A stretch of 64,000 nucleotides of DNA from Alkalispirochaeta sp. (GCA_965242725.1 CBDESZ010000003.1:64001-128000), one strand, 5' to 3'. Shown: positions 39,377-49,231, counted from the stretch's first letter. Program-made: numbers and translations. Notes: generated by a model not told the origin, from the letters alone.

Positions 39377-40740
39377 CGCCCCTGCCCCCCGAGTATGGTC
39401 AGTACCGTCTTGAGGGCGATCTTTATGTCCAGGACGAGGGAGATGTTCTTTACGTAATAGAGGTCGTAGGTGAGCTTCACCGCGGCGTCCTCGACACTGG
39501 CACCGTAGCGGTACTTCACCTGCGCCCAGCCGGTAAGGCCGGGACGGACGAGGTGACGCAAATGGTAATGGGGGATTTCGGCAGCCAGCTGTTGAACAAA
39601 CTCGGGTCGTTCCGGTCGGGGGCCGATGATGCTCATGTCGCCGATGAGGACGTTCCAGAGCTGGGGAATCTCATCGAGGCGCGTCGCCCGAATGAATCTG
39701 CCCACCGGCGTGATGCGCGGGTCCTTTTCCGTCGCCCACTGGGCGCCGTGTTTTTCCGCGTCGATGTACATGGATCGGAACTTGTAGATTGTGTAGTGCT
39801 GGTCGTTGCGACCTACCCTGATCTGGCTGAAGAGAACGGGACCTGGGCTTGAGAGCTTCACGAGCAGGGCGGTAACCAGTCCCAGAAAGAGAACCAGCGG
39901 CGAAAACACAAGGGTCACGGTAAAATCAAAGAGACGCTTCACCAGATTGTATCCCTTGCTTGCCCCGCGATTGAAGTTTTCCAAGAACCACGACTCTCGG
40001 GTGGAGTAAATCGGAATTGATTCCAGAAAGCGTTCCCAGAAGCTGGTGAGCTGGTAAAACTGCACTCTCAGAGGTAACAGTTCGTACAGTTCTTCATAGA
40101 CCGAGCTGTACCAGTTGTCGCTGACGATGATTGTGTCGATTCGCAGCGCCTGCACATGCTCCTTGAGCTCCCCCACGGTCCGGAAGGTCTGGACGTTTCT
40201 GAAAGGCGCGCATCCGTTCATGTCGGATTCGTCGTCACAGACGATTGCGGCGACGCGGAATCCCTGTCGCTTCTGTACCTCGATCTCACGGGCAAGCTCG
40301 AGGGCGTATTTGTCGGAACCGATGATTGCCACCGCCTTGGTGATCGCCATCGCGTCGACCACACGGGTGAAGAGAAATCGCCATCCGTAAAAGAGGGGTA
40401 CGAAGGCAACGATGATGAGTGCCAGGTTCCGCCGGGGTGAGATTTCCACAACGTCGAGAAAGAGGTAAATGAAGGTGATGGCGATCGCCGTGTTTGCAGA
40501 CATTGCGACGCCGAACTTGCGGTGGTTGAAGGGTGCGTTGATGTTGTACATCTCGAGGATGTAGAGCGTGACGATCCAGAGGAAGAATACGATCAGAAAC
40601 GGGTAAATGTGCTGTGCAAAACGCCCGTAAAACTCATCGCCGCCGTAGCGGAAGAGGACCATGAGTGCCAGGGAGCCGACCATGACGGCGTAATCACCCG
40701 TCGCGATAAGGAATTTTATGAAATTTCGACGCATCGTCAC
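39373..40740 (-). CDS. Priming polyprenyl-phosphate glycosylphosphotransferase (WbaP/WcaJ-like sugar transferase)
   Basis: Four N-terminal TMs, 'VKRLFD', 'YKFRSM', 'DPRITPVGRFIRATRLDEIPQLWNVLIGDMSIIGPRPERP', 'PGLTGWAQV', 'YDLYY'. Confidence 0.93.
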   Translation of the reverse strand: MTMRRNFIKFLIATGDYAVMVGSLALMVLFRYGGDEFYGRFAQHIYPFLIVFFLWIVTLYILEMYNINAPFNHRKFGVAMSANTAIAITFIYLFLDVVEISPRRNLALIIVAFVPLFYGWRFLFTRVVDAMAITKAVAIIGSDKYALELAREIEVQKRQGFRVAAIVCDDESDMNGCAPFRNVQTFRTVGELKEHVQALRIDTIIVSDNWYSSVYEELYELLPLRVQFYQLTSFWERFLESIPIYSTRESWFLENFNRGASKGYNLVKRLFDFTVTLVFSPLVLFLGLVTALLVKLSSPGPVLFSQIRVGRNDQHYTIYKFRSMYIDAEKHGAQWATEKDPRITPVGRFIRATRLDEIPQLWNVLIGDMSIIGPRPERPEFVQQLAAEIPHYHLRHLVRPGLTGWAQVKYRYGASVEDAAVKLTYDLYYVKNISLVLDIKIALKTVLTILGGQGR

Positions 40741-40853
40741 CTTGCCGTTACTCTATACAACACCGCCCTTTGCGACAACTCCCCGGCCGTCGGGCCGAGG
40801 GGGCGTCACAAAGGTTACGTGGGAGCATCGGTCCGGCGCCGTATGACGCCTCG

Positions 40854-40871
40854 CCCCCTCCCCCCCCCCCC
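40854..40871. repeat. Homopolymeric tract C5-T-C12
   Basis: CCCCCTCCCCCCCCCCCC in the divergent intergenic region. Confidence 0.85.
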
Positions 40872-40926
40872 GCCAGCGGCGCGGCGCCGGTAGTTTTTCC
40901 GCCGCACCAATGGTATATTGCGGCCC

Positions 40927-41775
40927 ATGACTGTACGTCCTGTCGGGAAATATCGCCTCCGAGGCGGCTTCCTTCCTGTTTTTACCGTGCTCTTCGTCGC
41001 TGTCGCCGCTCTGGTCCCGGTTGCGGACCTCTCCGCCCAGGTCTATGAGTATCTCGAGACCTTGCCGCCCGACGCCATGACGGAGCTTCTCGATTCACGC
41101 AGCGTCTCCCGCACCCACACCGATGCGCGGGAGGTGGAGCTCGCTCCCTCCTTTCCCGATATTCGCGACGCCGTGCGCGAGCTCCGCTCCACCGGCAGTA
41201 ACATCGTTTCGGAACGGCTGATCCTCGTGGACGGCCCCATCGAAGACGAAGGTCTGTTGAATGTGTTTAACGCCCTCCTCGCGGTACGTGAGCTTTCCTA
41301 TCTGGAGTACTACAACCCTCTCAAGGAGCGGTGGAACGAGCTCTTTTATGAATCCTATCGTGTGGCCGACGAAGAAGATCTCGCGCCGTTGCCGGACATA
41401 CAGGTTGATTCGATTCCGGCGTCCGTGGTGATTCCCGTGCTGCAGGAGCTTCCTCCCTTCGGTGAGGTCCTGCAGACCTACCGGTACGAGTCGTTTGACT
41501 ACGACGGTGTCGACGGTTTTTCCTTTTCCAGTGAAAATGAGTGGGACATACGCTATCGGCGTATTCGCGTCGTCAAGCCGGAGGAGATGGTCACCTACGG
41601 GTGGGTTATTCGCGGCGAGGACTATCTTCTCGTATACGGAATAGGCGCCGCAAAGGTCTTTACCGGATTCGGCCTCTTCCGGGATCGAATCGAGAACAGT
41701 TTTACCTCCCGTACGGACGGACTCTTTGACTGGCTGAAGCAAAACCACCTCGATCCGCTCTCTTCAACGTATTGA
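40927..41775 (+). CDS. Secreted hypothetical protein, DUF6675-like (spirochaete family)
   Basis: Signal peptide (..DLSAQ), 'VFNALLAVRELSYLEYY', 'QELPPFG', 'YLLVYG', 'IENSFTSRTDGLFDW'. Family recalled from the motif pattern. Confidence 0.5.
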   Translation: MTVRPVGKYRLRGGFLPVFTVLFVAVAALVPVADLSAQVYEYLETLPPDAMTELLDSRSVSRTHTDAREVELAPSFPDIRDAVRELRSTGSNIVSERLILVDGPIEDEGLLNVFNALLAVRELSYLEYYNPLKERWNELFYESYRVADEEDLAPLPDIQVDSIPASVVIPVLQELPPFGEVLQTYRYESFDYDGVDGFSFSSENEWDIRYRRIRVVKPEEMVTYGWVIRGEDYLLVYGIGAAKVFTGFGLFRDRIENSFTSRTDGLFDWLKQNHLDPLSSTY

Positions 41776-41930
41776 GAAGATTGTTGATCCACGGCGGTAA
41801 TTACCGCCGCCGAAACGACTTTGCAGGACTGATTCATCTTTTGGCGCGAAGTTCTTGTCCGACCGGGACTTACAGCGCGATATCAACATTCTTGTGAATA
41901 CTTCAAAGCGTATGATACTCTCTCGGCACC

Positions 41931-43856
41931 ATGTCACGGTTCACCTTCGCCGCACTTCTTGTCATCGGCACCATTCTATTGCCCCCGGCGGCGGACGCTC
42001 AGGCGACTATTTCAGGTGGTCCGGGGACTCCTGGCGGTCCGGGCGCCGGAAACGCCCAGAAGCTTTTCGCCCTCCGTTCCGCGGAATATGAAGCGCTACG
42101 GACACTCTATATAGAACAGGGTATCGCTCTCCCTTTCAGCTCCGGCCCCCTTCAGTGAAGCGGAACTGCGGCTCGCCATGGACCGCCTCGACACCGGGCG
42201 GATGTCTCCTGCCGGCCGAAACACCTTTGAATGGCTTCGTGAACGTCTCGTCGCCCAGTCCGTTGCAGGCGATCCCATCTACGCCGAAGAAGGAGGCCGC
42301 TTCACATTTGATGCGGGGGCGGAGTTCTCCTTTGAGAGCTACCTTCACACCGACGGCGACAACCGCTACTGGAATTACCGCTGGGAGGATCGAAAGCCCT
42401 TTGCCCGCTTCCCCCTGGAAGGGTGGGTCGGCTCATTCGGCTACGCAGTCTCGGATCTCGCCTTCATCAAGAATATTCCCGACTTTGCCCTCTACCCCAC
42501 CTCAAGCAGGGAAGGGCGGTACGGCTTCAACTCCGACGGCGACTTTGAACTTGATACCCTCGAGGAAGATCCCTGGACCAACTGGCCCGTCGTACCCAGC
42601 GCGCTGGACATCCAGTTTCCCCATCGCGCCCTCATTTCCGTCGGCGGCGAGCGCTGGAACGCCTCCCTCGGTCGTGACCAGATCGACTGGGGCAACGGCC
42701 GTTCCGGCAACCTCTACATTTCGGACTACGTGGAGTGGTACGACAGCCTCCAGTTTTCAACCTTCTGGGACAATTTCAAGTTTTCCTGGATGTGGGTGAG
42801 CCTGGATGGAACGCTTGTCGACGGCGAGCGGGAGTTTGAGGAACTGTTGGTGGACGACGACGGCACGCCCGTCTACACCTACGTCCCCGAAGAGGAGCAC
42901 AAGAATCTCATCTCCCAGCGCTTCGAAGTCCGTCTCTGGGACCGCCTGGGCCTCGCCTACACGATGGGGATCGTCTTCGGTCGGGAGCGGGTGGAGCTGC
43001 GCCATCTCAACCCCGTCTACGACTATCACAACCTCTATACCAACTCCCAGTGGGTGGGGAACGCCCACCGGAGCTACGAGTTTGATCTGGCCGTTGCGCC
43101 GGGAATCAACCTGTACGGCGCCATCGCCCCCGACCAGTGGACCAGTCCCCTGGAGCCCGAGACCGATCTCGCCGAGGAGCCCAACGCCTATATCGCCCTT
43201 GCCGGGGGTGGATACGCGCTTTGCCGCGGGCAACGGGTTTTCTCGAATCCACCGTGGAAGGGGTGTACGCCACGCCGTGGATGGGGATTCACAACCACCC
43301 CCTGACCAGTCTCACCACCCGGCGCTTTGTTATGGCTCACCACTCGGAAGGTTCTAAGCAGCTCTACTACGACAAGCCTATCGGTCACTACGGAGGAAAT
43401 GACTTCACCCTTCTGTGGCTGGACAGTACGTACCGCGTTCCCGGCCGCTACCACTTCGGGGTGACGGCGTTCTGGGAGGGGAACGGTTCGGTCCCCCAGA
43501 CGGAGCTCCTGGAGAGCAAGATCAACAAAGATCTCCGTCCCGATCCGATCGACGAAGATGAGGCGACCATGGCCGCCCCGTCGTCGGGATACGTCACCTG
43601 GGATGGAGAAGAGTGGGTCGCCATGTGGACGACGGCGGTCACCCTCCACGGGGAGTTCTATCCCCGGGGAATCGGTCGCTTCAACGCTCCTGCGTCAGGC
43701 AGCGTTCCGGGTCCCCCAGGCCCCGGCGCCTCGCCGGGACGGACTCTCTCCATCGGCAGCGAACTCACGGCGCAATGGACCAAAAACCGCTTCAATCTGC
43801 CCTCACCGTGGGCTTTCGACCTGCAATGGGTCGTCTCAACGACGATCACCTACTGA
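41931..43856 (+). pseudogene. Wzi-like outer-membrane protein broken by frameshifts near 42146-42150 and 43204-43241
   Basis: The pieces join into a signal peptide, 'EYEALRTLYIEQG..LPFSSGP-FSEAEL', 'DIQFPHRA', 'GRDQIDWGNGRSGNLYISD', then 'GVYATPW...PIGHYGGND...FDLQWVVSTTITY'. Junctions lie in C5, G5 and GGGTTTT runs. Confidence 0.6.
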
Positions 43857-43922
43857 TCCCCGGCGGTGCTACACGAATATACAGCCATAGTCGCCCCACC
43901 TCCATGGTGGTATATTTTCATC

Positions 43923-44743
43923 GTGGCCGATGATAGAAATCGGAAAACGTGGCGGATACCTCTCTTTTCTCACATATTGGATAGAACCGTTCTCTTTTTC
44001 GAAAATGTCGGCAACTTTTCACTCTTCTTCGGCCGGGTGGTGGTGTCGATGTTTCGGCGGCCCTATCGGTTCAAGCAGTTCATTGAGCAGTTTGAACGCA
44101 TCGGTTCCCAGTCCGTCGGAATCATCGCCCTTTCCAGCCTCGCCATCGGTATGATCTTCACCCTCCAGATAATCACCCTCATGTCGAATTTTCAAGCGGA
44201 GATCATGGTCGGTGCCGCCGTGGGAATGACCCTCGCCCGGGAGCTGGCACCGGTGATTACGGCTCTCATGCTGATCGCCAAGAATGGTTCGGCAATGACT
44301 GCGGAAATCGGTACGATGAAGGTCAACGAGCAGCTCGATGCACTGGAGACGATGTCGGTGGATCCCGTGCACTACCTTGTAGTGCCCCGCGTTCTGGCGA
44401 GTATCTTTGCCTTTCCCGTACTGACGGCAATGGCCAACGTTGTCGGTCTTGCGGAAGCTATGTGGTTGCCGTCTTTATTCGAAATGTAGACCCCGGCGGC
44501 TTCATCGACCAGCTCTTCCGGTATGTGGACCCCGACGACGTCTTTTCCGGCCTCATCAAGGCCGCCGTCATGGGGCTCATGATGGCGTCCATCTGTTCCT
44601 ACTTCGGATTCAATACCAATCGGGGATCAAAGGGCGTGGGTGAGGCGGCGACGACCGCGGTGGTCACCTCGTCGGTTGGAATCCTCGTTGCCGACTACAT
44701 CATGGCTGATCTCATGCTCAAGGTCTTCTATCGCATAGGATGA
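43923..44743 (+). pseudogene. mlaE: MlaE-family ABC permease with a -1 frameshift near 44452
   Basis: 'RELAPVITALM', 'GSAMTAEIGTMKVNEQLDAL..MSVDPVHYLVVPRV'. Continues in frame +2 as 'GLIKA...GSKGVGEAATTAVV'. Confidence 0.85.
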
Positions 44744-45502
44744 GGGTCATGAATGATATTGTCGTGGTGGAAGGACTGAAGAAGCGTTTCAACTCAAACG
44801 TCGTACTTGACGGGGTGGATATGTCCTTTCCGGAGGGGAAAATCACCTCGATTATCGGTCAGAGCGGTACGGGGAAGAGCGTTCTCATAAAACACGTTAT
44901 CGGTATCATGACCCCCGATGCGGGTACCGTCTATTACCGGGGGGGAAAACATATTTCGCGCGTCCAAGAGCCGACAACGGGAAATCAGACAGAAATTCGG
45001 TTATCTCTTTCAGAACTCCGCTCTTTTCGACTCTCTCACGGTGGAGGAGAATATCGCCTTTCCCCTCGTGGAATCTCTGGGTATACGGGACAAACGCAAG
45101 ATTCAGCGGACGGTGACGGAAAAGCTTGAGTGGATCGGTCTGCCGGAGGTGCGGAAGGTCTATCCGGCGGAACTCTCCGGGGGAATGCGCAAACGAGTGG
45201 GGCTCGCCCGCACCCTGGCGATGCAGCCGGAGGTGCTCCTTTTTGACGAGCCGACGACCGGGCTCGATCCCGTCCTCGCCGAGAGCATCAACGATCTCAT
45301 CGTGAAGGTGAACGGAGAGTTCGACATTACCTGCATTCTCATCACCCACGACATACAGGCGACCTTCCGTATATCCGATTACATAGGATTCCTGTATGAT
45401 GGCAAAATAGCGGCCAAGGGGACGCCGGCGGAGGTGGTGAAATCGGAACATCCGATTCTGAAACGGTTTATTTCCAACTCGTTCAACGAGCTTGAGGTGT
45501 AG
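44740..45502 (+). pseudogene. mlaF: MlaF-family ABC ATPase with a +1 frameshift in a G7 run (44939-44945)
   Basis: GQSGTGKS in frame +1. '[19 protein letters not shown]', '[16 protein letters not shown]' and 'DEPTTGLDP' in frame +2. Confidence 0.85.
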
Positions 45503-47016
45503 TGGTGAGTCGATTCCTGAAAATCGGACTGTTTGTATCCATTACGACCGTTCTCTTTTTTGCCTACGTCATGCGTACCGCCGAAGAGGTGAACCGTGGC
45601 GGTGAGACCTATACCGTCCACGCCTACATGGATGACGCAAGCGGGCTCGTCATCGACTCGGCGGTGAACCTCGCGGGGGTGCGGGTTGGACGGCTTACGG
45701 AGATCGAACTTGACGAGAACCGCGCGCGACTCACCCTGGAACTCCGGGAGGACGTCCAGCTCTCCGAGGACGCGATCGTTTCCAAAGCAACTTCCAGTAT
45801 GCTCGGTACGGCTACCGTCTCCATCACTCCCGGCAACGGCCAGGGCGCCATGCTTCGGGACGGTGACGTGGTCCGGAATGTCCGCCAGCAGGCGGCGCTG
45901 TCGGACGTGATGGTCAGTGCAAATGAACTCGCCGCCGACGCGTCGCAGTTCATAACGGAAATAAACCGCTACCTCTCCGAGGAAGGGACGCTGGAAACCC
46001 TTGATGAAATTGTGAATATCGTCAGGGAGACAACCGTTTCCACAAGCGCCCTCATCGAGGAAAATCTCCTCCTTGTACGGGCCTCGATGCGGAATTTTGA
46101 GGAGTTCACCGGCAGGGTCAACCGCGATTCGGTTCAGCAGGTCCGGACCCTGCAGGAGGTGCTGGACAATACCGCCCGCCTCACCGCCCGCCTCGATACC
46201 CTTGTCGGTGACAACGATGAAGTTCTGACCCGCAGCATCCAGGGCATTGAGGAAAGCCTCGCGGAACTGCGGGGCGTTCTTGCGTCCGTTCAGGTATCAG
46301 CTGACAACGTGGCGAGCGTCACCACCCTCGTCAGGGACGGGGAGGGTACGGTGGGACGTCTCCTCACCGACGATGAGCTCTATACGCGTGTCGACCGTAT
46401 CGCCGGCAAGGCGGAGGAGTTCATCGACTCCACCATCGGCCTGGATGTTCAGGTCGGTTTTCAAAGCGACTACCTCATTCAGCAGCAGAGCGCCCGCACC
46501 TCCTTCGACCTTCGCCTCACCCCCGGCAACCGGGACAAATACTACTCCCTCGGTGTCACCAGTACCCCCGTGCCGTGGGTTGATGAACGGCGGACGAGGA
46601 CGGAATCAACAACCGTCGGCGGCGCCACCACGACGATTATCGAGGACGAAGTTGTCCGCAGCGACGAACTCAAGTTCAACGCCCAGCTCGCCCGCACATG
46701 GGGACCCGTAACGGTCCGGGGCGGCGTCATCGAGAGCACCGGCGGTGTCGGAGTGGACGTACGGCCCATAGATCAGATTGCGGTGACCGCGGAGGCCTTC
46801 GATTTCGGTGCAGAGAACGGCATATACCTCCGCAGCAGCGGCACGATCTACCCCTTTTACGATCCTGAAAGCAACAATCCCCTGCGGTGGATTTACATAA
46901 ACGGCGGCATTGACGACATCATGGGGGTCTACGAGCGGGACTTCTTTGTCGGAGCGGGTGTGCGCTTTACCGATCGGGATATACGCGGTCTCGTCGGTTT
47001 CATACCGGTCAACTGA
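45502..47016 (+). CDS. mlaD: Long MlaD/MCE protein with a helical stalk and C-terminal beta-strand domain
   Basis: N-terminal TM, MCE 'DASGLVIDSAVNLAGVRVG', long heptad region, 'GEGTVGRLLTDDELY', then about 190 aa of amphipathic strands. Confidence 0.85.
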   Translation: MVSRFLKIGLFVSITTVLFFAYVMRTAEEVNRGGETYTVHAYMDDASGLVIDSAVNLAGVRVGRLTEIELDENRARLTLELREDVQLSEDAIVSKATSSMLGTATVSITPGNGQGAMLRDGDVVRNVRQQAALSDVMVSANELAADASQFITEINRYLSEEGTLETLDEIVNIVRETTVSTSALIEENLLLVRASMRNFEEFTGRVNRDSVQQVRTLQEVLDNTARLTARLDTLVGDNDEVLTRSIQGIEESLAELRGVLASVQVSADNVASVTTLVRDGEGTVGRLLTDDELYTRVDRIAGKAEEFIDSTIGLDVQVGFQSDYLIQQQSARTSFDLRLTPGNRDKYYSLGVTSTPVPWVDERRTRTESTTVGGATTTIIEDEVVRSDELKFNAQLARTWGPVTVRGGVIESTGGVGVDVRPIDQIAVTAEAFDFGAENGIYLRSSGTIYPFYDPESNNPLRWIYINGGIDDIMGVYERDFFVGAGVRFTDRDIRGLVGFIPVN

Positions 47017-47054
47017 GTTCGCTGTTCTCCCGAAAGGCGCTTCCGTCGGCGGCC

Positions 47055-47777
47055 CTACCCCTCAGCGGCACGTTGCTCCCGCTCCCTCGCCGCGGCGATA
47101 ATCGCCTCGAAGAGCCTTTCCGTATCCCGCCGCGTGAACCGCCGGAGAATGGTCTTCAGTCCAAAGAATGTGTCCTTGATTCCCGTAATGTTCTGCTGAC
47201 GCATGTAGGTGTACCGGTGGCCTTCCCTGTTGACCTCCTGAAAGAGGTACACCCCTTCGCTGGAGGCCAGTTTGTCGTCGAGGGATTCAACCATGTGGTA
47301 GTGAAGAAATACACGCCGCGGCGTTTCATCCCGCAGGTCGATAAGTTCCGATCGCTGCCGGAGATGGTACGTTGCGTCAAATCCCATGAACCGAATTCCG
47401 ACGACCTGCTCTTCCAGCACGGCGTTGCCGTCGCTCCCGGGAATCGGTTCCCACTCATATTCCTGTACTCGCGGTACGATTTCCTGTTGAGCGTCCCGGT
47501 CGGAGATCGTTTCGACCAGGGCGTCGAGGGACACGTCGGTAAGGATGTGAAAGTCCGAGAAGCTTCTTACCACGTCGACGCCACCCCGATTGACCTCCGA
47601 CACCTCCGTTTCGATTTCGGCAATTTCGTTTATGTCATCAAAGGGATAGTCAATTCGCCGGATCTCTATATCACCCGTCATGACCTGTGCGCCGACGGGA
47701 AGCGTGGACGCAGTGAGTATCAGCGTCGCAAGGAACAACACCGGAGTTGCCGTCGGGCGCGAAGTACTCCGTTTCAT
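47055..47777 (-). CDS. Secreted hypothetical protein, possibly START/SRPBCC fold
   Basis: Signal peptide (..PVGAQ) and a strand-helix pattern 'DVSLDALVETISD...IVPRVQE' ending in a long helix. The ORF track's upstream extension is repeat DNA. Confidence 0.45.
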   Translation of the reverse strand: MKRSTSRPTATPVLFLATLILTASTLPVGAQVMTGDIEIRRIDYPFDDINEIAEIETEVSEVNRGGVDVVRSFSDFHILTDVSLDALVETISDRDAQQEIVPRVQEYEWEPIPGSDGNAVLEEQVVGIRFMGFDATYHLRQRSELIDLRDETPRRVFLHYHMVESLDDKLASSEGVYLFQEVNREGHRYTYMRQQNITGIKDTFFGLKTILRRFTRRDTERLFEAIIAAAREREQRAAEG

Positions 47778-47835
47778 GAAAAAAGCATAACAGGAAAATG
47801 AAACCGAATAAAGGTTGATACTACATCTGTTCAGT

Positions 47836-47998
47836 CCGGCCCAACCCTGCGCCAGGGCGGCCCCTGTCGCCCGGCGGGGCCCAGCCCCGCCCAACCTGGC
47901 CCGGCCGAGCCTGCCCATGGCCGCCCAACTCAGACCAGCCCGGCCTGGCTCAACCCCGCCCCGTCCGGCCCGGCCCCTGTCGCCCGGCCGGGGCGGGA
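47836..47998. repeat. Degenerate 5-bp-period C-rich tandem repeat with an 18-bp direct repeat near each end
   Basis: GCCCA GCCCC GCCCA ACCTG GCCCG GCCGA... CGGCCCCTGTCGCCCGGC occurs at 47858-47875 and 47971-47988. Confidence 0.7.
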
Positions 47999-48095
47999 AG
48001 TTGTCGAAATTCCACCGCCGGTAGAAGCGGCATGACCACTTTCCCCATGAGAAGGGATATGGAATCCCATTCGCCCACCCTGACACGCCTGTTTC

Positions 48096-49085
48096 ATGAC
48101 GAGTTTACCCGGCCACTCCCAAATACAACGACGCAACGACCGGCCTGCGGCGATTGTCGCGCCGCGGGCTCCAACGTCGCACTCATTTCTGGAGTACCAT
48201 CGATCACGGGATGAGCTGCGGGGTCTGTCCCTCGCCGTTGCGGAAGGCCTTGACGGCTGTCAGGCGGGAGAAAGCGGCGGGTACATTCTCGTACGGAGCG
48301 ATCTGCCGGCCGAGCTTTACCTGGAGGTTCCCTTTGTCCGCCGTGCATGGCGTCTCATAGATGGGTTGAATGAGCCGGGGCCCTTTGCGTCGATTCCCGT
48401 CACCCGCTATGTCGGCTCGTGGTCGACGAACCGATATCTCGCGGAGGGGACCCTGGGGTATCGGTTTGACCCGCGGTCGGTCTCAAGTATTCTGGAGGAG
48501 TGCGGACTTATCCACGTGGACCCCGTGAACGGGATGATCACCACCCCGCGCCGCGGACATGGTTTACCGCGGGAGACTTTTACCGGGACCTCTTTTTTCC
48601 GCTTTCTGAATCGTCACACCTGGAAATTTGACGACGGCCTTCCTCAGCTGTCGTTTGTCCGGCGCAACGGGCTCCTGCTGCTTCTGCTGTTGATACGCAG
48701 TCCCTCCGGTCTGACGGCGTACGATCTGGCCGATGTGCTGATCGCCGTGGCACACATCAGGGGAATTCCGGAAAGCCCCCTGGCCTGGCTGGACGACCGT
48801 CAGGTCATGGCAGCGGTAATTCAGGGGCGCCTCTTTCATCGCGTCGGACCCATGCTCGGGCTTGTGGAGCCTGTTCCCGATGAGGAACGCGTTCCCCCGA
48901 GCGCGGATTGCGGCAGGCCGTCGCCCCGTCGTGTAATCGCGCCGGTCGGCCGGACGCAGTCGGTCCGTGAAGGAGCGTCGGCCAACCGGCTGAACTGCCG
49001 CTCCCGGCCTTCCTGCCGGGACGCCCTCAGTCGCGGGTATCGCCTGACACCCTTTGCCCGTCGCGTCATGTGTCGTCAGATCTAG
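48096..49085 (+). CDS. Hypothetical protein
   Basis: 329-aa ORF filling the gap between genes, with no motif I recognise. Confidence 0.4.
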   Translation: MTSLPGHSQIQRRNDRPAAIVAPRAPTSHSFLEYHRSRDELRGLSLAVAEGLDGCQAGESGGYILVRSDLPAELYLEVPFVRRAWRLIDGLNEPGPFASIPVTRYVGSWSTNRYLAEGTLGYRFDPRSVSSILEECGLIHVDPVNGMITTPRRGHGLPRETFTGTSFFRFLNRHTWKFDDGLPQLSFVRRNGLLLLLLLIRSPSGLTAYDLADVLIAVAHIRGIPESPLAWLDDRQVMAAVIQGRLFHRVGPMLGLVEPVPDEERVPPSADCGRPSPRRVIAPVGRTQSVREGASANRLNCRSRPSCRDALSRGYRLTPFARRVMCRQI

Positions 49086-49231
49086 GAATAGAACGGCGCG
49101 ACCCTGCCGCGGAGCGGACCGTCCCGACGGGGCGGCCGTGTTCAAAGCGCCCGTGTTCAGAAGTTGAATCGACAAAAGGGAATGCATAATCCGCCGTCCT
49201 GAGTTACTATGAGTACACTCGAGGAGGTAGG

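Noticed and set aside
44939..44945. Programmed frameshift or phase variation at G7 in mlaF
   Set aside because: The run is short and lies in a cluster of similar indels in neighbouring genes, so sequencing error is more parsimonious.
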